A stretch of DNA of 28,981 bases, taken from Amoebidium appalachense (taxonomy: Eukaryota > Protista > Ichthyosporea). The notes beneath the pieces were generated by a model. The model was not told the origin of the DNA. It saw only the letters and a program-made list of their open reading frames with translations, and did not search any database. The DNA is taken from positions 1 through 28,981 of the forward strand of contig CAVNZM010000048.1 in NCBI GenBank assembly GCA_963693365.1, written 5' to 3'. The position numbers were made by a program, and so were the translations under genes. Positions 22,727 through 28,981 of the stretch are shown here, piece by piece; positions within the stretch are counted from its first letter, which is position 1, and every line of letters starts with the position of its first letter.

Positions 22727-23672
22727 CCGTGTTGCAGGTATGAAGGTTTTATTAGGGGGTAGGCCGTCTCTTGGGTTGTTCAAGTTGTTGTTGTATGGGA
22801 GTTGTGTGGTGTGTTTTTTTCGCTGAGTTTTCTACTGGTGCCTGGCGTTTTCGACGTGTGTATGAGTCCTGTGTTGGCGACGTGTCTGGTTAGGGTCAGT
22901 GGAATAGAAAGTCCTGCTGCTGTCTGGGAGCTCGGCCCTCTGACGAGGGGGCTGGGGGGGGGGTCGAAGTGTAGTCATGGCAGTGGCAGGCCCCCACTGT
23001 TGTGAACCCCCGTCGTCAAAGGGCCTGGTGCTGAGGCCCCTTGGAGTGGCTGCCCTGGGCCTGGTGTTGAGGCCCTTTGGAGTGGCTGCCCGTAGTGTTG
23101 TTGAGTAGTGTTGTGGTGCCCAGTGCAGCAGTAGGCCTTAGACACACCGCTGTGTAGGGCACGGTTGGGGCGGAGGCATTCCCAAACCACCGGGACCTAC
23201 GTAGTAGGAGTCTTTGTCGGGTAGAGGAATGGCCAGCAAGAGAGTCTGGAGGTGTACGTCACATGAGTCTGGAGGTGTTCGTCATGGCATGTTTGGACAA
23301 TGTGTTAGGAATTCTTTGTGGATGGGGCATGCTGAGTGTGGTTGTATGGATGGTGTCTGTTATCATGTCTGTTGCTATGTTCCACTCGATATAACATTGT
23401 GCCAGGGGCATGGGGTTTTGGGTGCAGATTGTGGACGGGGGCAGAGGTGCATCTACAGGGCAACGTCAGTGGCGGTTCATAATTATCCTTGTTTTGGGGT
23501 TGGGTTGGGTATTAACCATGGTGGGGTGGTGTGTGGATGTATGTATATGTTTTATGTTATATGTTAAATGTTGCTTCCTGCATGGGTAGCGGTAGTTGTA
23601 GTCGCTCAGCACATAACTTTATTTTGTTTTTAGGTAGTTTTTACTGAGGTGGAACTCAGTTATTTTCTGTGC

Positions 23673-23682
23673 GAGGGGGGAG
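23673..23682 (+). promoter_or_regulatory. Polypurine tract
   Basis: GAGGGGGGAG one base before the 3' LTR. Confidence 0.8.
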
Positions 23683-23683
23683 T

Positions 23684-24288
23684 TGTCATGTGCTGAGCTG
23701 ATTCGTATTAGTTTACTTCTATATTTTGTGTTTTGGTGAGTTAATTTCGGGGGTTTTCTTGCATAGTGATGCCGGGGTCTAAATGGGGTATGAGGAGATT
23801 AATCAGTGGTATGGGGAGAATCTGATGCAGCGGCGGCTGATTGTTTGGTGCGCGCGTGCATGCCCCATGCCTCTGCGTACTCTCCATGTTAAATGTTGTA
23901 TTGCTTCTTGCTGTGTGCGTGGCGAGACCCATGTTGCCTGCTCGCGTGTGTGTATGCTTATATGTATTGTGAGTAAACGTGTGTACGTGTTGTAGTGCTG
24001 TAGGGGTGTCTGAGGTCGCGGTAGCCAATGGTGTGGAGTGCGTGTAGTCTGTGAGGGAGGGAGTGTTGTGATTGGCTGAATGTCACTGTGGTATTTGTCT
24101 GGCCAGTGGGCCGCGTGTCTGTGAAGTGTCTCGCGGGGTCGCGGGCTTTTGGAAGTTCTTCTAAGAACACAAAAAACTCGCTTCCCACCCAACTCAAAGA
24201 AAAGTTTATACGTATACACGGTTTCGAGCCCCTTTAAGCGTGCAGATAGTTAGAGTAGTTCATATACACTCTGTTTGTAGACACGACA
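23684..24288 (+). repeat. 3' LTR (605 bp)
   Basis: Direct repeat of 20785-21389 followed by the TSD CCATC. Confidence 0.95.
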
Positions 24289-24453
24289 CCATCGCCTGCT
24301 GGCCATAGTAGCTAAAGTCTGTGTGCGTGGCGTTTGACGTACGCGCAGTGAGGGGCTGAAACTGGTCGTTCAGCACGATTTGGTAGGTGTTGGCCATGGT
24401 GTGCACGCACTACATACACTCTAACACACATTTTTATGATCTAGACCCTACAC

Positions 24454-24840
24454 TTAGATGCGTATCTCTGCGGCGTACCTGAACGCCAGGTCATGGAACC
24501 AGCGTGCCTCCGTGCGTGCAGGCACGAGCAGCACGCTCTTTCTACCATTGGATATGTACATCCGTATGGCCATGCGTAAAAATGGGGGAATCTCAGAGAA
24601 GGGAGGGTTGACATAGTTTATTTTCTCGGTGGACCACACGTCGTCGTCTGTGAGTGCGCAAGGGTCCTCCCCCTCCCGCCAGGTGATGGGGCAGGGGTCA
24701 TTGAGTGCGCCAAACTCCTTTTCGAGTGCATCCAGCACCCATGCTGGTGTCTGCATCTTGTCAGTGTCCTCTCCGGCCTTCCTCTTGTCCTGTGTGACCT
24801 TGTACACCCCGCAGCAGCTGCCCAGCCCCATGATGATCAT
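24454..24840 (-). CDS. Phage Dam-like DNA N6-adenine methyltransferase, C-terminally short
   Basis: QTP..LEKEFG..DPCP..W..YVNPPFS..VLLVPART..WF..AAEIRI*, the motif order of the phage Dam family; start codon uncertain. Confidence 0.85.
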   Translation of the reverse strand: MIIMGLGSCCGVYKVTQDKRKAGEDTDKMQTPAWVLDALEKEFGALNDPCPITWREGEDPCALTDDDVWSTEKINYVNPPFSEIPPFLRMAIRMYISNGRKSVLLVPARTEARWFHDLAFRYAAEIRI

Positions 24841-24875
24841 CCGCACCTGTGGGCAGCCAAAATTTCACAGGCCAC

Positions 24876-24972
24876 GGGCCTGGTCGGGTCGGACCGCATC
24901 AAGCCGGGTCGGGTCGCGGCAGGGTCGAATCGGGTCGGGGCGACCCGGAAAAGGCCGGGTCGGGTCAGGGCC
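24876..24972. repeat. Cluster of (C)GGGTC iterons between the MTase and integrase genes
   Basis: About seven GGGTC copies in 100 bp plus one inverted GACCC. Confidence 0.7.
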
Positions 24973-25108
24973 AGCGGCCCGCACATGGGCGATTAGCCTG
25001 ATATGGCAGTTACCCATTTGGGCTAGTTTTGAAGGCAGCCGGTTGGTGGGGCGTCTTTGTTTTTTTTTTTTCAAGACGGGTGGTTTTTCCGAAATGGGAG
25101 GCCACACC

Positions 25109-26428
25109 CTACAGGCGTGCACGCCTTGCGCTGCGCCTCAGACCCACTTGCTCCTGTTGGTGTTCAAACACCAGTTTTTTGAGTTGCCGAGCCTTTCGTT
25201 TTTCCTTTTCCTTCTGGGTCTGTGCGCGCGTGCCCTTGTCGCGCGCAAGCTCACGCCCTTCAAACGCCAGCTCCTCGCGAGCCCTCTCCTTGGCTGTCTC
25301 CTTGCGAGCTGCACGCATCCCGCTGCTGGGCGGTACAGACACGCTGGTAGGTGGTACCTTCTTTAGCATGGTGTCTGGCCAAGCGTAGCGTAGGCCTGGC
25401 GTGTGTTTCCTCATCTCCCCTGTAGCCGCGTTGCGTAGCGCCCACCCACTTGCATCCTTGTAGGCGAGCGTGTAGACGTCCTTGGACCAGTTTCTTCCCT
25501 CCTTTTCAAACGGTCCCTTTGGCTTTTTGAGTGCACGCACGTGCACGCCCTCCGTGTGCCCCATCTTGGCACGTAGCTTACCTTTTTGCTTCCTGTTCTC
25601 CAGCCACGTGTTGATGCTGTTCCACCGTTCGGCCCTCTGGGTCATCTTGTTGGGCTCTCTACCGATCGAACCATGGTACGTGTCGTTGTAATCCTCCAAC
25701 ACGTTTTCCAACCCTTCCCCCGTCCACTTGCCCGTGTCGTTGGCCTCCATGTACTTGCTCAATCCTTGCTTTAGGGTGCGATGGAACCGTTCTACCATGG
25801 CCACGTTGCGTGGTTTTCGGCCTGGCTTTTGAGGGAGGATGGTGATGTCGTGTTGATCGTAGTACTTTTTCATTGTATTGCTGAGGAACTCCGTGCCCTT
25901 GTCCATAAAGATCTGCTTCACCTCTGTAGGTTGTAGGTTTTCCTCCCCTTTGTTGCTTTCGTCCTTCATCTCCCTAATGGTCTTTAAGGCTTTGTGCACT
26001 GCCCTCTGCATCTCCGGCCCGTTGCTGATGGTGAGGTGCTCGTTTTTCCCGCTCCCTGAGCTCTTTGTCTTTATGGGCACGACCGTTGCCTGCCTCGTGT
26101 TCATGTCAATCATGCTCAATCCCCCCTTGTACCCCCTGTTTGCCTTTGAGTAACGTGGCATGAAAAACAGATCCGCCGCCACGCTGTTCGGCCGTGCTGT
26201 GGTGGGGAGGTAGTCCTTCCTCTCGATACGATGGGGGGCGAGCACCTCCTTGAGGGATTCCTGCTGCCCGGTGTTTCTTCTGGACAGGTAGGCACGCACG
26301 GCCGGTTGTCCTACCCTCTTGTCTTTTGCTTTTGCACGCCGCCACAGTGCCTGCACGGTGGGGGGGAGCTTGAAGGTGGCGTAGGTCTCCTCAATCACCT
26401 GCCCAACATCCTTGTCTCTGGCCACCAT
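25109..26428 (-). CDS. Polinton/Maverick-type retroviral-like (rve) DDE integrase
   Basis: AADLFFM (D), IFMDKGTEF (D), MVERFHRTLK (E), YNDTYHGSIGREP, FEKEGRNWSKDVYT; stand-alone ORF with no RT or LTR. Confidence 0.92.
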   Translation of the reverse strand: MVARDKDVGQVIEETYATFKLPPTVQALWRRAKAKDKRVGQPAVRAYLSRRNTGQQESLKEVLAPHRIERKDYLPTTARPNSVAADLFFMPRYSKANRGYKGGLSMIDMNTRQATVVPIKTKSSGSGKNEHLTISNGPEMQRAVHKALKTIREMKDESNKGEENLQPTEVKQIFMDKGTEFLSNTMKKYYDQHDITILPQKPGRKPRNVAMVERFHRTLKQGLSKYMEANDTGKWTGEGLENVLEDYNDTYHGSIGREPNKMTQRAERWNSINTWLENRKQKGKLRAKMGHTEGVHVRALKKPKGPFEKEGRNWSKDVYTLAYKDASGWALRNAATGEMRKHTPGLRYAWPDTMLKKVPPTSVSVPPSSGMRAARKETAKERAREELAFEGRELARDKGTRAQTQKEKEKRKARQLKKLVFEHQQEQVGLRRSARRARL

Positions 26429-26449
26429 GGTGGTTTCCTGCGCTCGCTA

Positions 26450-27025
26450 CTAGTCGGTTGACACTTTCTCCTCGGGCACCCTTCTTGGCCTGCGGGTGTT
26501 GGTGGTCTTTCTGGTCGTTTTTTTGGCCTTGGGGGCAGGGGGTGCCTGGAGCTTGATGGGGTGGTCGGGGATGAGGGGGTGTGGGTGCAATGGGGTGACG
26601 TCCTTTTCCGTGTCCGTGCTGCCTGTGCTTGAGGCCATACCCTCATCATCGTCGAGTAGGGTGAGCACGGCGGATTGTAGCTCTTGTGGTGGGGGAGGGG
26701 GTGACTGGGGTGGGGAGGGGAAGGCAAAGAGGGGCTCAAAGGGGGTTGTAGGGGAGAGGAGGTCGTGGGGGAAAGGGGTGTCTGGCCGGGGGGAGGGGGT
26801 GGGGTGCTCGTGCAGTAGCACGTCCCTGATGGTGCTTGCATTCTCTTTCAACCACTCTGTAAAGGGTCTCCACTCTAGCCCCTTTTCTGTGCAAACCAAC
26901 ATCTCCCCTTCCTTGGGTGGGTGTTTTGGGAACACGAGGTCGTAGGCTTCAGTAGATGGGTGGGCTAGCACACCCACGTACCCGCCTGCACGCGTGAGCA
27001 GATTGAGCCTGGTTACGTTAGACAT
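26450..27025 (-). CDS. 191-aa Pro-rich protein with an N-terminal fibre-like motif
   Basis: AAGATG start; YDLVFP..P..GEMLV....GLEW; stop 21 bp before the integrase ATG. Confidence 0.65.
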   Translation of the reverse strand: MSNVTRLNLLTRAGGYVGVLAHPSTEAYDLVFPKHPPKEGEMLVCTEKGLEWRPFTEWLKENASTIRDVLLHEHPTPSPRPDTPFPHDLLSPTTPFEPLFAFPSPPQSPPPPPQELQSAVLTLLDDDEGMASSTGSTDTEKDVTPLHPHPLIPDHPIKLQAPPAPKAKKTTRKTTNTRRPRRVPEEKVSTD

Positions 27026-27101
27026 CTTGGTCTTGTTTTTCCCTTTTATTATGGTTGCACATTTTTTCGTACGGAGATGGTAGTAGGCAACTCTCTTGAG
27101 A

Positions 27102-27839
27102 ATGATTGACGACCTTGCACGTATATATTTTACCACCTGCTGTGCCATCATGTGTGTTGCACTCGTGGTGGCGTCCTACGGCACAGCCGTACTCATACCC
27201 GAACTTGCCAAACGTACATGCATGTTTTGGCTCATCATCCTACCCCTCACAGGTGTGGTCATGTGCCAGGCACAATGGGTGGCGTATGCCTGGCTCGACG
27301 TGGACACCCACCCTGACGTGGCCGGCCACTGTGTGATGTGGGCACCCTACTGGCTGGGCTCGTGGCTGTATGTGGCCTCCCCCCTCGCCTACATGCTGGC
27401 AGCAGCGTGCTGGGCCCGATCCATGCGTGTGACGACCACGTTGTTCTTCCCACGGGCCGTGGCGTACATGGTGTGTGCCTCCCTCCTCCCCCTAAGTGCC
27501 CTCTACGGCATGACGTGCGTGTTTGAACCGTCGGTGTTTGGCTACGTGTTTCTTGTGTTGAGGGGCGTGCTGGCGTGTGCCACCCTCGTCTGTGCACGGT
27601 ACATGCTCTCCCTGTCCGTGCCCGTGCTCACCAGGAATATTGTGCTGTGCGTGTGCGTGCATGCAGGCCTTGCACTGGCAGGCATTGTGTTTGACGAGCT
27701 CCACTGGAACTTGTGGGAGTTTGGGTTTTTGGAGAACGGGTTTCTGACCACGTTGGGGTACACACTGCTCGCCTGCTGCCTGCTTGCCCTCTGGTACCTC
27801 ATACTCTACTGCATGGACGTGCTGGGCCCCTACACGTAG
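27102..27839 (+). CDS. 245-aa polytopic membrane protein (about 7 TM helices)
   Basis: Seven hydrophobic stretches of about 20-25 aa with short loops; divergent from the gene at 27025 and convergent with the gene ending at 27842. Confidence 0.75.
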   Translation: MIDDLARIYFTTCCAIMCVALVVASYGTAVLIPELAKRTCMFWLIILPLTGVVMCQAQWVAYAWLDVDTHPDVAGHCVMWAPYWLGSWLYVASPLAYMLAAACWARSMRVTTTLFFPRAVAYMVCASLLPLSALYGMTCVFEPSVFGYVFLVLRGVLACATLVCARYMLSLSVPVLTRNIVLCVCVHAGLALAGIVFDELHWNLWEFGFLENGFLTTLGYTLLACCLLALWYLILYCMDVLGPYT

Positions 27840-27841
27840 TT

Positions 27842-28981
27842 TTAGGGCATGGTCCATTTTGGCCCGTTGTCCCAGTCACCCACATCCACGACGTTGTGGT
27901 CGGGCCCGTACTTACCCTGGTTGTTCTTCCAGGCCTCGAGCTCGGCGGCGTAGTTGTCGTAGTCGGTGGCGGCCCGGCGTGCCTTCCTCTTGCCCATCTT
28001 GCCAATGCCCGTGCCTAGCTTACCTCCGTACCTCTGTGCGAGTTTGCATGCCCCCTTGCCCACGGCAGACACGGCATCGCCGACCACAGGTATGACCCCC
28101 ATCAAGTCCATCACACTCTCCACAATGTCCAACGGGCTTGGTTTGAACGTTTCCTCTTCGACGAAGTCTCTTAGCACGGGCACAAAGTTGATCTCCCTCG
28201 GCCTCACCATAAACCACAGGTCGTTTTCCTGCATGCTCTGTGGCACCTTTCCGTTGGGCATGTGTGCACGTATGGTGTTGAGGTACTGTTTGAGGGCCGA
28301 GCCCACCGGTTCCCATAGCTGGTCCACCTCGTCCCAGGGGTCGGGGGAAACGGCTTCGTTGTAGTTTAGACGTAGCACCCGGCTTGTCACCCTGTACGTG
28401 AGCTCCATTTCCGGGTGGGGTAGTGACCCTTTGGGGCCCGAATACACGCTCTTGTTGGTCCCCCCCAAATCACCGACGGCGCTGACGGTGGTTTCGTATT
28501 GAAACATGACACTGGGAAACTTGTAGTGGACCTTGTGGTCAAGTTTCACGTAGCCCATGCGTGTGGTGGTGTAGTCGTTGGGGCCCCTGTTGGAGAAGTG
28601 CAGGAGGCCCGGCCTGAAGTACCGTGTCTTGGTTGTGCCCGATATGGTCTCTTGCTCCTGTGCCCACACCCTGCTCTTTATCCAGTTTGTGAGAACCTTG
28701 TCGTCGTAGGGGAACTTTCCGCCCCCGGGCAGGTCGGGGTTGTCCTCGTTGATGTGGTCCATGTGCCAGTCGTTGTTGGTGTCGTGCAGGTCCGTGTGGT
28801 CAACCTCTGTGTTGATGATGGGCACGTCGTGCAGGTACTCGGCCTTCTCGACGACGACCTGGTTGAGCTCGTACAGCTGGCTGCTGTCTAGGTTGGCGGT
28901 GAGCTTGCCGGCAATGTGCTGCTGCAGCGGCTCCCCCCGGGGCACGGTGCCCATGACCATGTCGTACGTCATGAACGGTAA
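27842..28981 (-). CDS. C-terminal part of a large putative virion protein with a pre-toxin-TG-like motif
   Basis: Frame is open to the window edge; beta-rich region followed by LDIVESVMDLMGVIPVVGDAVSAVGKG. Confidence 0.7.
   Translation of the reverse strand, partial: LPFMTYDMVMGTVPRGEPLQQHIAGKLTANLDSSQLYELNQVVVEKAEYLHDVPIINTEVDHTDLHDTNNDWHMDHINEDNPDLPGGGKFPYDDKVLTNWIKSRVWAQEQETISGTTKTRYFRPGLLHFSNRGPNDYTTTRMGYVKLDHKVHYKFPSVMFQYETTVSAVGDLGGTNKSVYSGPKGSLPHPEMELTYRVTSRVLRLNYNEAVSPDPWDEVDQLWEPVGSALKQYLNTIRAHMPNGKVPQSMQENDLWFMVRPREINFVPVLRDFVEEETFKPSPLDIVESVMDLMGVIPVVGDAVSAVGKGACKLAQRYGGKLGTGIGKMGKRKARRAATDYDNYAAELEAWKNNQGKYGPDHNVVDVGDWDNGPKWTMP

Larger units (their letters stand above)
20785..24288 (+). 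mobile_element. Non-autonomous gag-only LTR retrotransposon (3504 bp)
   Basis: 605-bp TG...CA LTRs, 5-bp TSD CCATC (20780-20784, 24289-24293), PPT before the right LTR, Gag with CCHC knuckle, no pol. Confidence 0.93.
20625..24397 (-). pseudogene. 87-aa viral ORF split by the LTR element
   Basis: Removing 20785-24288 and one CCATC restores MANTYQIVLNDQFQP...YGQQAMAQAVADKICPHG...RRAHGRPMH* with an ACCATGG start and a downstream AATAAA. Confidence 0.65.

Noticed and set aside
20842-24219. Duplicated small ORFs (95, 70, 138 and 79 aa)
   Set aside because: They are identical only because they lie in the two LTRs; no coding signal
24868-25000. hAT-like MITE bounded by CAGGCCA...TAGCCTG
   Set aside because: Only a 6/7 terminal match and no target-site duplication
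27102-27839. Viral rhodopsin
   Set aside because: No retinal-binding lysine in helix 7 and no RYxDW-like helix 3 motif

Overview
Eukaryotic, repeat-dense window with no recognisable host gene; the host organism cannot be identified from the sequence alone. Left half (1-13957): the 5' part of a Ty1/Copia element (minus strand) followed by a three-layer nest. A THAP-domain DNA transposon (31-bp TIRs, 9-bp TSD, 4869-13948) carries an internally deleted second Copia copy (5219-12795), whose 3' LTR is split by a full-length Ngaro-type tyrosine-recombinase retrotransposon (5657-11072). The Ngaro recombinase appears to be expressed by splicing onto the gag N-terminus. Right half (about 14.4-16 kb to the window end): compact, apparently intronless genes of an endogenous Polinton-like/adintovirus-like virus. 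These include a Polinton-type rve integrase, a phage Dam-like N6-adenine methyltransferase, a probable OB-fold SSB, a 7-TM protein, a fibre-motif protein and a large protein with a pre-toxin-TG-like motif. A young gag-only LTR element (20785-24288, TSD CCATC) splits one small viral gene. Capsid, packaging ATPase and pPolB genes are not in the window, so the viral class is inferred. Several frameshifts sit in G/C homopolymers and may be sequencing errors.
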